DNA of 64,000 bases from Sarea resinae. Taxonomy: Eukaryota. Shown here in pieces: positions 1 through 15,060 of this stretch. Both the position numbers and the translations under genes were made by a program. Position 1 is the first letter of the stretch; every line of letters starts with the position of its first letter. The DNA is taken from positions 496,001 to 560,000 of the forward strand of contig JAPEUD010000001.1 of the NCBI GenBank assembly GCA_026026165.1. The letters run 5' to 3'. The notes below the pieces were generated by a model. That model searched no databases and was not told the DNA's origin. It saw only the letters and a list, made by a program, of their open reading frames with translations.

Positions 1-830
1 GATGTGCTTGAATTCGAGACGTGCCTGGAGTTCCGACCAGGCCCGGAACCATCCTCTGAACCGGAATATTTTCCGATGCTTTGGCTTCGTGCATGGCTAC
101 CTTTCCGTAGATGCTGCTTGTAGTCGTAGTGTCCTCCCGAATTCCTCGAGGGCAGCCCACGATTCTGATGCTTCAATATCAATTCCGACGCCTCGTCTTG
201 TGCTGCTGAATGTAAACGAATTTCATCCTTCAAATCCATATCCTCCAGAGCCTCTCGAAGAGATCGAGCCTCCTGCCTTTCCATCCATCGCTGCCCGCTC
301 TCCCTATACATGTCGGTCGGTTGGACGGTTGTGGAAGCAGCTGACGAGGCCGAAAAGTCCCTGGCAGTCACGCCGGCATGAGGTTGTTGAACGAGAGGAC
401 GGCCACCATTGCCCGATAAGGAGCTTCTCATAGATGAGGCTGATTGCGCCCGTCGGTGCGACTGCGCGCTGGCGGATCGTGGTGGAAGTTCGGACGCTTG
501 AGTAGATACAAAGGTTACTGCCGAAGGCACCCGGGACGAATGGGCGGTTTCTGAGGTTGGGTTTGGCGTCATTGCTCGGCCAGGTACACCGATCGAAGGA
601 AATGGTCTCGCACCACTTGGCCGGGCAACGCGATGAGAGCGCAGGTCGGAAAGATAATTGGCTGTCCAATCTCTTTGTGAGTCGTGGGAACTCGATACAG
701 GCTTTGTAGTGGCAGGGCCCGGACGATTCCATGAAGAACCGTAGGGTCTGGCACTTGCAGAAACATTCGAAGGAGGAGGCTGCTGACCAACTTGCTCAGA
801 AGTCATAAAAGATGGGCCCGGAGCCGCCAT
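1..830 (-). CDS. 5' part of a conserved fungal protein running off the window start; tentatively a LIM-domain (paxillin-like) protein N-terminus
   Basis: Stop-free minus frame from ATG 830 to base 1 (absent from ORF track because it has no stop): MAAPGPSFMTSEQV|ANYLSDLRSHRVARPSGARP...MYRESGQRWMERQEARSLREALEDMDLKDEIRLHSAAQDEASEL. Probable intron 662-787. Family guess is from recollection; no LIM domain is visible in the window. Confidence 0.55.
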   Translation of the reverse strand, partial: MAAPGPSFMTSEQVGQQPPPSNVSASARPYGSSWNRPGPATTKPVSSSHDSQRDWTANYLSDLRSHRVARPSGARPFPSIGVPGRAMTPNPTSETAHSSRVPSAVTFVSTQASELPPRSASAQSHRRAQSASSMRSSLSGNGGRPLVQQPHAGVTARDFSASSAASTTVQPTDMYRESGQRWMERQEARSLREALEDMDLKDEIRLHSAAQDEASELILKHQNRGLPSRNSGGHYDYKQHLRKGSHARSQSIGKYSGSEDGSGPGRNSRHVSNSST

Positions 831-1712
831 GGTTCCGGTCGGGTCTTGACTTCTGGATTAATGGGTAATGATGGGTGATGGCGAGGTTACGAGGTTGAAT
901 TCCTGATCTTGATATGCGAATGCCAACAGCACCGGGGGATGCCAATCCGAAACGAGGCGAAGAATCGAAGGGTAATGATTTTGGAGACGGCTGGGTAAGA
1001 CTAGGATTACAATAAAGGTCGTCAAACGGGCCTCGTTAGCCAAAACGAAGGTGGAGCGGGTAGATCGGAGAGATTGGTGATGGTGACGGAGCGGATGGCA
1101 GGTTTGGGAGGATGCAGTTGAATGCACAAGAGAGCGGTGGGAAACGAACGACGTTGTTGTTGATCCGAGTGCAGGGAGTGCAGATGCAGCAGTAGGGGCA
1201 TGGATGTCCAAATGTGGAGCCGTGTCGACGATCAGGTCAACAACAACATGAACAGGGCGCCCAGGTACCTGATGGAGACATCAGCGTTGTCGGTCCCGTC
1301 GACTCCTCTTGGGTGATCACGTCAGTAGCCTGGTGTCTTGTGAGGCGACAGGTCGTGTGTACACTTGGAGTATGCCATGCCAATGCTAACGTTGTGATGA
1401 CTGATGAGGGTGAATTATTGGTTGACAGAGCAACAGCGAGCAAGCGCCATAGGAGCCGTGTATCGGAGTACTTCATAACAATACACAGTCACTCGGTTGG
1501 TCAACGAGCGATCCGTGCTCCTTCGACTTCGTTCCCGCGCCCTAGTCCAAGCGAGATGGCCCCTGCCCTCTCTTCACCGATGATGGGCCCGGCTTTACTG
1601 AAGTACGTGGAGGAATAGATGACTTGGACATTCGACACTCGCTTTACTTCTGATGGATGATGCGCCGCATGATAAAAGAGTAGAGCATTGCATTGCGTGG
1701 CTGAGCCTGCAC

Positions 1713-3707
1713 CTATACCACATTACTAGGATATTCCACCTCCGCAGGTCCAGCAAACTCCTCCTTGATCGCGCGCATACTGACAAACCTCCCCAAAATG
1801 GCCGCGCTTCCTGCCTTGTCATTCGTGCCGCTCGCCCGGGCGCCGCCAAAGGGTTGCTGTCCCACCACAGCTCCCGTGCATTTGGTGTTGATGTAGAAGT
1901 TACCTGCCGCGTTCCTCAGAGCGTCCTCGGCGTAGCGAATGGCTTCGCGGTCCGAGGCAAATATGGAGCCGGTGAGAGCATATGACGAGGTCGTGTCGAC
2001 TGTGCGAATGATGGAGGTGAAAGCTTCAGTTGGGTCGGTCGTGTCGTCGTAGACGTAGACGGTTAGGATGGGACCGAAGAGTTCGCGGGAGAGTAAGGGG
2101 TGTGCTGGGTTGGTGGTCGCGTAGATGGTTGGATGGATGAAATACCCCTTTTCGGCCGAGTATTCACCTCCGACTAGGAGCTCGAGTTCAGAGTCCTTCT
2201 TCGCCTCATCGATGACCGCGGCGAGTTTGTCGAAAGAAGGCTTGTGGATGACTGGGCCGATGAAGTTTTCGAAGTTTGTTGGGTCGCCGACTTTCAGCTT
2301 CTTTGTCTCCTCGACAAGCAGGGGCTTGAAGGCGTCCCACAGAGAAGAGGGAACGTAGGCGCGGGAGGTAGCTGAGCACTTTTGACCCTGGTATTCGAAA
2401 GCGCCGCGAATCGTATTGATGACTGCGTTCCGGACGTCGGCAGAGCGGTGTACGAGGTGGAAGTTCTTACCGCCGGTTTCGCCGACGATACGAGGGTAAC
2501 CACGGTAGGTGCCCTGTGCGATATTCGCTGCTATTTGACCATACAATGAGCGGAAGACAGCAGTGGAGCCGGTAAAGTGGAGGGCTGCGAATTGCGGGTG
2601 CGCGAGGACAGCCTTGGTGGTGGCCTCTGCGTCTCCCGGAATGAATTGGATGACGTGAGGGGGCAGGCCCGCTTCGAGGAGGATACTGTAGAGGACCCAG
2701 TTCGATGCTATGGCTGAGGGTGAGGGCTTCCACAGTACGACGTTGCCCATCAAAGCCGGAGCGCAGGGCAGGTTGCCGCCAATGGCTGTAAAGTTGAAGG
2801 GGCTGATGGCATAAACAAAACCTTCTAGAGGCCGATATTCCACGCGGCTGATGGTGATGGGATTAGTTGATTGACAACAGGTAGATAATACGAGGTGAAG
2901 ACTCTTGGACTTACTTCCAGACGCCCGGCGAATTGTGGGCGGGTTGCTGGGCGTAGAGCTCTTCGGCGTACTGAACGTTGAATCTGGGTACCAATGATGA
3001 GTGGCTAGAAACGTAGAGCTTGGTAAAAGCAGTTCCCACCTCAAAAAGTCGGAGAGCTCAGCCGCGGCGTCGATCTCGGCCTGCCATGCATTTTTTCCCT
3101 GACCCAACATGGTCGCAGCCATGATCTCGTATCTGTATTTGCCCGAAATGAGATCCGCGGCCTTCAGAAAGATGGCCGCCCTGTCGGAAAAGGGCAGAGT
3201 CTCCCAAGCCGTTTTGGCTGCCAGAGCAGACTTGATAGCATCCTCAACGTCAGAAGTGCTGGTATTCGAGTATCGCGCAATGACGTCGGCGTGTGAGGCA
3301 GGGTTGATCTGGGTCAGGATAGACGATGTTTTGATCTGGTCTTCGTCAATGGTGGGGGGTTGGAACAATTCAATTCGCGCCATACATCTTTGCCGCCTAC
3401 GACGATAGGAACCTCAAGAGGCGCCTTTGCCTTCAGTGCTTCAACAGCTGCCGCCAACTGTGCTCGATCGGGCGAGCCTTTCTCATAATGTTTCTGTAGA
3501 TTCAGTCAATATGCTTAGAAGACATTTCTGGCGGGGTGCGATACTAACATTGGGCTCATTTTGTATTTTTGGAATCTTGAAGCTCGCGATGGTCGACATG
3601 TTGGCTCGGGATGTCGCTTTCAATGAAGCAGCAAGTACAAACGGCTTTGGCGGGCTTGACAACGTACGACTGATGAGAAGAGGAAATCGTGAAGTCTGAC
3701 AGGCCAT
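1713..3707 (-). CDS. PUT2: Delta-1-pyrroline-5-carboxylate dehydrogenase (ALDH4), mitochondrial; multi-exon
   Basis: QGKNAWQAEIDAAAEL, SPFNFTAIG, FTGST, GETGGKN (catalytic Glu), FEYQGQKCSA (catalytic Cys), GQQPFGGARASGTNDKAG; basic, acid-free N-terminal presequence. Confidence 0.95.
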
Positions 3708-4106
3708 TCTCAGTCGATGGTCTACGAGAAAATGAGGGCTTCGTAGCTTCTAGCCGTTATCGGACATACCTTTGAGGGGTGAGGAATGATGGTGTCAATT
3801 GGCTTCTTATAAGGCTCGGTTTCCGGCGGCATAAGAGTAAGACCGACAATGGAAGTGTTGATGCGGAGTCATCGCGTGCATCGACCTTTAGCTTCGTACT
3901 TCGTACCTCGTACCTCTTGGTGGGGCATATCTGGGGTGTTCATTTCACGTGCCGATAAAGCTGCCCCTCGCCTGTACTACCCATACAGAGAAACAACACA
4001 ATAGAAGCCTGCTCACAGTAATCGCATCGGGACCATCTCATCGTACATTCTCTTGGAAATCTATCAAGTGCAACTGAAGATACATGGGCTGGAGAGGTGC
4101 ACCCCC

Positions 4107-5733
4107 CTACATCTTCTCGCCCCGCTCAATCTTGCCACTGCCAAACTTCTTCAGCCGAATGGCATTGACCGTGATGAAACCGCCCGTCTCGCTGGGCTCA
4201 AAGTCACCAATCTCATCCATGGAGCTCTCGGTCATATCGTAGAGCTTCTCGGTAGCAGACGAGCGGCCAAGGACGGAGAAGGTGCCCTTGTAAGCGCGGC
4301 AACGGACTTGGCCGTTGACTGTCTTCTGGGATGCCACGATGGACTCCTCGAGGAACTCTCGCTCGGGGGAGAAGTATAGACCGTTGTAGAGTATCTAGAG
4401 AGATTTGTGAGTATGTGAAAACGGAAATGCAGGCGTAACAGCGGGTCTGAATTGTATTTAGAATGCGCGAGGCCATACCTTGGCGTAGTTGAAGGTCACA
4501 AATTGATCCCTCAAAGCCCGAACCTCACGATCGAGCACCAAACCCTCAAGATCAATGTGCGCAGCCCTTAGGCATGTCAGGCCGGGTGTCTCATAGCATC
4601 CACGGGACTTCAACCCAATGAATCGATTCTCGACAATATCGATACGGCCAACACCGTTACGGCGGGCAATGGCGTTGACAGCGAGGAAGAGTTCCACAGA
4701 ATCCGTGACCGTCTTCTTGGCGCCCTTCTCCTCGTACTCGAGCTTGACAGGCAGACCTTTCTCGAAGAACAAGGTGAAATCCTCAGGGACATTGGGTGCA
4801 TCAAGAGGATCGACGGACAACTTCCACATGTCTTTCGGAGGTGTGACATCCGGATCCTCAAGGATTCCGGCTTCATAGGAGCAGTGGGCAAGGTTTTCAT
4901 CCATACTCCAGGGCTTAGCCTTTGTGCTGGTGACCGGGATACCGATCTGGTCGGCGTAGTCGAGAAGGTCATTACGACCAGCAAAGCGCTTGTAAAATTC
5001 TGGGATGCGCCACGGGGCAATGACTTTGATAGTGGGTTGGAGGGCATAGAAAGCAAGTTCGAAGCGGACTTGGTCATTGCCTTTGCCGGTGCAGCCGTGT
5101 GAAACGGCAATGCAGGATTCCTTTTGAGCGACAGCAATCTGGGAGCGGGCAATGACGGGGCGAGCAAGGGAGGTTCCTAGATCATATAGTCAGAGATGAT
5201 AACCGTTGAGGTGGGCTTTCAGCATACCGAGGAGGTAGACGTTCTCATAAATGGCATTGCATTGTACGGCTGGGTAGCAGAGCTCCTCGATAAATTCCTT
5301 ACGGAGATCCTCAACGTAGACCTTCTCCGCGCCAATCTTGAGAGCTTTGGCCTTGGCAGCTTCGAAATCCTCTGTTCAATTGTATGAGTATTGGGAGGCA
5401 AGGCTCTGCGCGATCGTGAAGCATACCTTCTTGGCCAACGTCGGCCACTATAGCTTGTTAGCAATGATCCTGTTCAAACCACGGGGAAAACGTACTGAAG
5501 CAGATGACGCCGTAGCCCTGCTCGATGAGCCATGCCACTGTGGTCATTGGTCAGTGGACATTGTGATTGTAACGAGCGTCAGAATACAATCTTACAAATG
5601 CAGCTGGTGTCAAGACCACCGCTATAAGCAAGGCAGACCTGAGACGAAGCTCGAGTTAGCTCCTCTGAATTGTCTGGGGAAATGCAGGAGTAGATAGCTC
5701 TTGGAGGCGCAAACATACCTTTTCCTTCGCCAT
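4107..5733 (-). CDS. ARG1: Argininosuccinate synthase; multi-exon
   Basis: MAKEK|VCLAYSGGLDTSCI, GTSLARPVIA, HGCTGKGNDQVRFEL, SMDENLAHCSYEAGILED, GRIDIVENRFIGLKSRGCYETPG. Confidence 0.97.
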
Positions 5734-6164
5734 TGTTCAAGTAGCAAAAGGAGGAAAGAATAAACAAGTCAATGGAATAGGCGTGATCCAGTTGTTCAAG
5801 TCGACTCAATTGATTAATCGTCGACAATGCGGGCGATGGAGAAAATGATTTCTTTATGTCTGTGCGAACTGGTCATAGGCCGCAGATACCTGGGCTACCT
5901 TAGATAGAGCCAGTCGAGCACCCGACACCAACAAAATTTACGGTAGCCGCATGTGACCGGAAGTCCAATTTTTCGCTTCGCGCCGATGTTCGCTCTCGCT
6001 TTTGCTTTGCTTGGATCAACTGGCGGTCTGGCGGAACCTCCTCCCTGCTCCCTAGCGGAAACCGGGCGGGATGCCATGACTTGATTGGGACGATAGAGTT
6101 CGCATCGGCCAGGGGGTGGAGGGGGTGGAGAGAGGAAACCTCCAAAAGTTTCCTCAACGGCTCA

Positions 6165-6173
6165 ATGACTCAC
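6165..6173. promoter_or_regulatory. Candidate Gcn4/CpcA binding site (ATGACTCAC) upstream of ARG1
   Basis: TGACTCA at 6166-6172, about 430 bp upstream of the ARG1 ATG; arginine biosynthesis genes are established cross-pathway-control targets. Confidence 0.55.
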
Positions 6174-6848
6174 CAATCGAACGATAGTATTGTGGTAACG
6201 AGGGTACGTTTTCAGCGCGAATGCCGTCTATACACATGTGATCAGAGATCATAAAAGGGTTGTTCTCCTGAGCGCCATGGATCGTGAGGCAGGCCTAGGA
6301 GGGATACTGGTCAACATATGAAGGGCCATTGCTGGGCAATCTGCCATTCCAAATACATTGATATGTTATGCCCACAGTGGTCTGGAGTCGATTTATGTGC
6401 GATCGCGACCCTAACATTGGGCACTCAATGTTGGTGCGCGCATGACATAGTCTGATCTTACATGTCAGTATCGCGGAAGAACGAGGGAGTTCGTTGAGCA
6501 TCGAATACATCTCCCATCATCCTCTATCTATCAATTAGAACGCAGTCATTATACCCGCAATGTGATCACTCTCGGCTGCAGCATGATAGGCAAAAGTTAT
6601 TGATTTTGAATACTATTATTTTGAATACTCTTCATGGGATCGTCAAACAAAGCTGCTTCGAAGTTACAAACAGTCTTGGGAGGGGTAATGCGCAATCACG
6701 CGTTCGCAGGTGCTTCGCCATGCCAACCAAAGAAGCAAAAGAAAAAAGGGAGACGTGAGACCATCAGTCGTTCTATTGCCCAGACAACCAGATGGCGGAT
6801 GCCGCCTAGATTGCTGGCCAAAGCTCCCAGTGATCAGAACTCCAATAT

Positions 6849-8693
<1,845 letters not shown>

Positions 8694-9598
8694 CTTGGCT
8701 GTGGCTTAGAGGTTGGAGGAGATGACTTGTCGTGACGTGAGGGCGAGGAGACGACAAGACGACAAGACGACTTCCGGAGATGAAGTTGAGATGAAGTGGA
8801 AGGGAAGAAGGTTGTGTGGGTTTGTGTGATGGAGAGATCAGTAAGTAGGTAGGTAGGTAGGTAGTGGGGTGGAAGTAGAAGGGGAAGGAGACAGGAGAGC
8901 GGTGTGGACGGTCACTGCAAGTGCGTGAGGGAGAGAGAGAAGGGGGAAGCGAATTGATTGTTGTGGGTTGGTGGGTGCGTGTGCGAGATAGCCTGGAGAT
9001 GCAGTGGGCGTGCACTGGCCGGCACTGGTCGACTTGCATCAAATGGGCAACCCTTCGGCTAGCGTTGGCCGCTGTGTGGGCCGTGGCCTTGGTCGTGGCC
9101 TCGGTCGTGGCCGCGTCCAATCTTACGGAGTACTTGGGGGGGGGGAAGTAGACGGGAGGTATTCTCCTCACTCTGTCGATGCGGACAGAGTACTTGGTGA
9201 CGACTCGATCGGAGGCAGTTCGTTGCTTCGTGTTGGGCGTGTTGGGCGTGTTTGCCCTCCTTGTTGTCACCTTTCTGTTGTTTTGCTCTCCCCCCCTATC
9301 ACCACCCGTGATTGGGCCATTCACCGATTGGACCCTGATGCCTGTCAGGAACGCGCCCTTGGCCGTCGGGGGACGAGGACGTCCAGGATGCGTTAGAGCG
9401 AGGTACGTACCTAGCTGGCCCAACCCGACCGAGCTAGTACTCCAGAGTAGAGGATTCTTCCATTCGGAATCAAAGGGACGCGGTACAGCAGATGGATGAC
9501 AAGTGGTAGAGACGGGAGGAATGGTATTGATGTCAGTCGTTCATATTACTATCGAAATAATCTTATATACACTGCAAGGAGAGCGTCTACCGCGCATC

Positions 9599-11357
9599 TC
9601 ATACGCGTCTCAGCATGATCATGCGTCGCCAAAACTTCGTCATTGGCCTCGCTCCTGCTTGCGCTGTTTCGTTCCCCACATCACTGTCATGCTCGCGAAC
9701 AGCGTCATCATCGCGCAGTGCCCTTTCTCGTCCATCCTCCTGTAGTCTCTCTATCTCTCCAATCTTCCACGCCCTGAGGACCAACATGCAGAGAGCAGCC
9801 CCCACGAACATGAAGCCCGTGAAGATCTGGCAGCGAAGATAGATATTGCCTCTGGCGCTTCGAAGTTCGAGGCCGATAGGCTCCGAGACTATTCAGAGAT
9901 TAATGATCACCATTCAGCACGATTTCCCAGGGGCAGACGTACAGGTCGTGGGGAACGAGATCAAGACCCAAGTAATCGAAAGAGCAGATGGGAGCGTTTG
10001 GAGCCCCACGACCTCGGCCGCTACAGGAGCGGCAGTCTGTTCGCTGGTCAGATACTGTCTCATCTCGACATGCCAACAAAACTCACCGTCCAGAAAGTAC
10101 CCGCAACGGTGCCAACCAAGATGGCAAAGAAAATCAAGACGCCAAAACTCTTAGCAAAGTCCCAGATGACGAGACAGAACAATCCACACGAAAAGGTCAT
10201 AAATGCTGCCATATTGATCCTCCCGGAAGCATCACTAAAATAACCCACCATTGGTCTTCCGATGCCTTGGCCAAGATTCAGGAGCGCAGCGATGATCGAC
10301 CCCTGTTGCGCAGACAAGCCGATACTTGTGGCGTAGTCTGGCAATGAGAAAATGAGAACGATATATCCCAACATGCTAAAAAACCCGTAGCCCAAGAACA
10401 ACAAGAACTCGAATCTTTTGAAGAGAGAACGGTCGAATGCCATATGTATCGAACCAACCTGGTGGTGGCGATCCCTGATGACTAGTGCGCACACGAGGTT
10501 GACGGAAAGCGCGACGATACCTAAGATCCTGAACGCCCAGCCTAATCCAATCGTACGGATCATCGCATTAGTTGCCAGACTGTAGATCATGCCGCCAATA
10601 CCAGATCCCCCCGTAGCGATTCCATTGGCCAGACTTCGCTTTGTCGTGAACCACTGTGGAATGATGCCGACTGACGCAGAAAACAGGAAGCCCATTCCCA
10701 GACCGAAGCAAAGTCCTTGACTAAGGAAGAGTTGCCAGATTTGCTTGGTCCATGAAGCGGTAATCAAGGCAAGGCCTTCGAGGAAGACGCCCACGAGCAA
10801 CGTCGTGCGGGTGCCGTACAGTCGGGTACAGGAGGTGGATAATGGCGATATGAAGAGAGCAGTGGAGATGGACAGTCCGCCGACAAATGCATAGTCGAGA
10901 AAAGTCGATCCCGGAAACTTATCGGTGGTCAAGTAATGATTCAAGAAGACACCATAAGACTAGAGGGGTAAATCTATCAGCGACGGGACTGGAAACTGGA
11001 GCCTCATGGAGGGCTTACGCTGTTGATCCCCCACGTATGGGCGTTGATGAGAAAAACGCAGGCGACGCAGACCCAGCCATATCCGCCATTCGGAGGGCTG
11101 TCAGAAATCAGTGGTTCTGCGGTGGCCGTCTCTGGCCAAGGACCTCGGCCAGGCTGTGGGCTGGTAGTTGATCGGTTCTCGATTGTCTCTTCAAGATCTT
11201 CGGTCTTCTCTTCATCTTCGGCCTTCTCTTCGCTCATGCGACTCTCAAGCCCGGATGGCAATCTTTCAGCACTCTCGCTGTCATCCTGTCTCGGAGTCTG
11301 CTCCAAGAACTCCCCGGTCCCGAGGCCATCGTCCTTGCCTGGAAAGATAGCCACCAT
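9599..11357 (-). CDS. MFS transporter, monocarboxylate permease (MCH/MCT-like); multi-exon
   Basis: PPNGGYGWVCVACVFLINAHTWGINS, IIPQWFTTKRSLANGIATGGSGIGG, GYFSDASGRIN; many hydrophobic helices. Confidence 0.9.
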
Positions 11358-11939
11358 TGCGAGATGACTCGAGAAAAGGCTAAAGCCGCTTCGTTATAAG
11401 CAAGAGTGCATTATGCTCGAGAACAAGAGCAATACCATCTCGAAGAAGGCATCACGGCACGGCGATTGACAGGTCTAAATATGAATTTGAGTCGCGATGG
11501 CCTTCCATTATAGTCACCACCCGTTCAGACACACGCCCACCCACTTCTACTGTCTTGCCGCACTTACGTCGGGTCTTTTTCAAGTTGGGGCCAAGTCACT
11601 TGTGGGGTAGACATCAGACTAGGTCGGTTCAGATCTGCTTAGCGTCTCAATGTGTGAGATCCAGGGCCGAGGGGCTTCAAGGTAATAAAGTACCTTGGGT
11701 ACGAATGATGCGATATTCACGACCATGGCAATCTAGGTCTGTCCCTATTCAAGTCATCAGACAGTGGATTCTCACTAATCATACAATAATGGCTACCCTC
11801 TAGTGTAGAACAATGACGCTGGAAAAAGAAAATGATGGCGAATCCTAGAAGAGAATCCAGAAGACGCAAAAAGGTCGCGTTTGCTCCTCAGTGTTCCAGA
11901 ATACCCACCCAGCCAACATGCTACAAAGTTGCAAACGCA

Positions 11940-13858
11940 TCAGCGCTTGCCATTCACCATCACCTGGCCCTCCGGTAGAGCAGTGATGATGGAATATTGT
12001 CCTCCGGCGCCGGCCCAGTTGACCTTTACGTTCCTCAACGCGGTGTTATCAATCAGGGTCGCTATTGTAATATCGTCCGGGTCATCGTCGTCTCCGCCTT
12101 GGCCAGTTTGGTAAGTAGCATTGAAGCCCCAGGAGTATGCCTTGCCATCGTGCGTAATGGCGATCGTGTGGTCGCTGCCAGCTGTGGCCGTGGTGGCCTT
12201 GATGTCTAAAGAGATATCAGCAGATGGGCACATAGTAGTGCGTGGTGGGCACAACTTACGTGGTACTGCCGTGGGTATGGAGAGGATGCGGATATTCCCG
12301 CGAGCATCTTTAACGACGTTTTCCTCTGCGATGCTAGAGACGTCAATGCCGCACTGCCCTCCATCCGTACGGCCCCAGACTAAGCACTCGCCATGCGCAG
12401 TCACGCCGACTGAGTGATGGGATCCGCCTTGGACGGTCTTCATCTTCATTCCTTTGACACTTTCAACTTTCTGCGGTAGGTTGACGAAATGACTAGCCTC
12501 CTCATCCTGCTGGACGGGAATGCCTGCCTCACCGAAGCTATTCAAACCCCAAGCCCAAAGATCGCCGTCCTCATCAATGGCGAAGGAGTGGTATGAGCCA
12601 CATCCGACACCAATAACCTTCTTGCGTGGTATTACCACCCCCGAGGGGATGACCGTTTGGGCCTTGGTGCGCTCGATAACGCGACGGCCAAGTTGATTTT
12701 GCTCGCCATTACCCCAGGCATGAACACGACCAGACTGGTCTAAAGCAAGAGCATGATCCGCCCCGCAAGCACTCTGAGTGATGTGCTTAAGTGCAGGGAG
12801 CAGGATTGGCGTTCGTTGCATACTGACATGTTTGCCGCGGCTGTCGATCATGAAGCCCGGTTTTCCTTCGTTGCTCTTCATTATGTTAGCTCAATTCAAA
12901 GACAGAGGATCAAGTAAGTTACCCTGAAGGTGCCCCAGCCATAAACATGTCCATCATCTGTAACCGCAAAACTAGCACTATCGCTAGCCGCGACTTGAGT
13001 GAAGATTGTTTGTTCAGGGAAGTGTTCTTCTGAGATAGCGGAGGGCGTCGACTCGAGTGGGTTCATCTCAGCGTCATCGTCATCCGCATCGATGTCAACC
13101 AGTCCGTCCTCCCAAGTAGTATCGCGTCCAAGTGCACCATTATCGTTAACACCCCAAGACAAGATTCTGTTGTCGTGCGTAAGAGCGAGAGCATGCATAC
13201 CACCAGCGGCGATCTGGACAACGCCAACGGAATCAGGTAGAAGGTTAGGGTTCAGGCGTGGTCGCTTGACCTTTTTCACCTGCGGACCGAGGCCGAGCTC
13301 GCCTGCGCTGACTTCTCCACAGACGTAGACGTTGAGCTTTTGAGTCGGGGCTTGATTGATGATGCGGCGTTTTGCAAGCTTGGGCCGCTTTTGCGCCTGC
13401 GACTCAATCGATCTAGCGACCTTGCGCTTCGACGCCATCTCCTCAGCCGCCGGAGGGCTATCGCGACTGATTTCAGCTTCTTCTGCGAGCATAGCTTCCT
13501 GCTTGCGCTTAGGAGGGCGTGCTACGGCTGTCTTTCGGTCAGAGGCTGAAAAGGCCAACGGTCAGCAGTGAGCAAAGTAGAGAGTCATCAAATATTCAAG
13601 GGCTAATACAATGTGGGTTGATCACGCATACTCTACCGCGGCTTTAACGTCATGAGGGGAACGTTTCCGCAGAAGGCTTGGAAAGACAATTCGCTGAAGG
13701 AAGGATAGCTCACCATTTGTGGTCTCCTTACTCGAACTTCGTGCTGCAGTCTGTTGTTGTGCTGGTCTCGTGGCTTTTTTTGAAGCAGCGCTTCGTACGG
13801 TCCGCGATTTCGACACGCCATTCTTCGTCGCATTAGCGGAAGCTTTTCTAGGAGCCAT
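11940..13858 (-). CDS. RCC1: Ran guanine nucleotide exchange factor (RCC1/Prp20/Pim1); multi-exon
   Basis: Basic N-tail MAPRKASANATK; RCC1 repeats VQIAAGGMHALAL, SWGVNDNGALGRDT, ACGADHALAL, GCGSYHSFAI, YSWGFNATYQTGQG. Confidence 0.92.
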
Positions 13859-15060
13859 TGTGGAAATTTTTCTTTTCGTTGTTGACGTGTGTTGTGGAGC
13901 GCTGTAGCTGATGGCGGACACGAATTCAGGTTCGTCTCTTAGCAGGGCGTGTTGCGATTATTTCGACATGTAATCCCTCATCAAGAGCGAGGTTTGTCGC
14001 GCGTCGAGGATAAACATTGGATGTCTTGCCAGAGAGTGCAAAAGCGTACCGACCTACGTCGTCGGGAGGTTAAGTCAACTGAGCTGGGCGGCGTAGCGCT
14101 TTCGGTACTCTCGACGGTAATCATTGCCTTATTTGGCACGAACTTGGCGGTAACGCGCTCTTCGATTTTGGCCGCCCGCAAAGGTAGGTGGGGACCCCTG
14201 CTAGCTGGTTGTTTTGCAAGTCGCGGCTCTGCGAAAACCAACAACATCTGTTATTATCTAGAGTAGAAAATATTGCAAGCACTGCCTGACCGACTGTCAT
14301 CAATACTTTCTCACTACGATCAGACGGAATGCGGAAGGAGACTGACTTGTGCTGCACACTGTCGCCTTCCACAGTATCAACGGATCTGCTCATCTCCCAC
14401 CCCGTGTCTACCCGTGACGCAGATCCTTGCTGCCCCTGTACAAGCCATAAAAGCCGCTGGTTCGACACAGAGCATCAGCATTGGATGATTGCCCCTACTT
14501 GACCTTCCGCACGCGCAATCTATTCCTGTTCTCGATGTTGTCTGCCAGCAACGGGTTGATTCGCCATCCTGAACCCCTCTAATACCAGCATTACCAATGC
14601 TAGGCCTTCCGATATCCAAGCCGGAAAGGAGCCTCGCTGCGCCCCCTTTTCATTGCCTTCGAGAATGGCTATGTCTTTTGCAAGGTCTTTCTCTCTCGTG
14701 TCTGTATCGTTTGCCATGGCTGATGGGGCTCCGGAGTTTGCTTGTCAACCCCGGCTGCTCTGAAGCGTCATCTGTATTCCTTGAGATTGTTGTCCGCCGT
14801 GAAATAATGTTCTAACACGTAATCTTCTGTGGGCACCAGTACTATCCACGTCGGATTTTCGTCCAGCAAACGAGTGAGTAGCCTTAGTAGTTGATCTGAT
14901 TGGTTCTTTGAGAAGATCGTAAAAGTTTCTAGAGCTAGATTCCGGTATCCGGTATTTTGAATGATATCGCCACTGCTATTTGAAAACTCCCCCATGGACC
15001 GAGATGAACGCCATAGATACCACGCAACAAAATGCAGAAGGGAAGGACAAGAAGAGAAGG

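Noticed and set aside
1713..3383. 556-aa ORF with an odd insert, suggesting frameshifting in PUT2
   Set aside because: Explained by ordinary GT-AG introns whose combined lengths happen to preserve the frame.
14568..14596. TPP-riboswitch-like words (GAAC...TAATACCAGC)
   Set aside because: No TGATC-GG P4/P5 arm or upstream CTGAGA, and no thiamine gene nearby.
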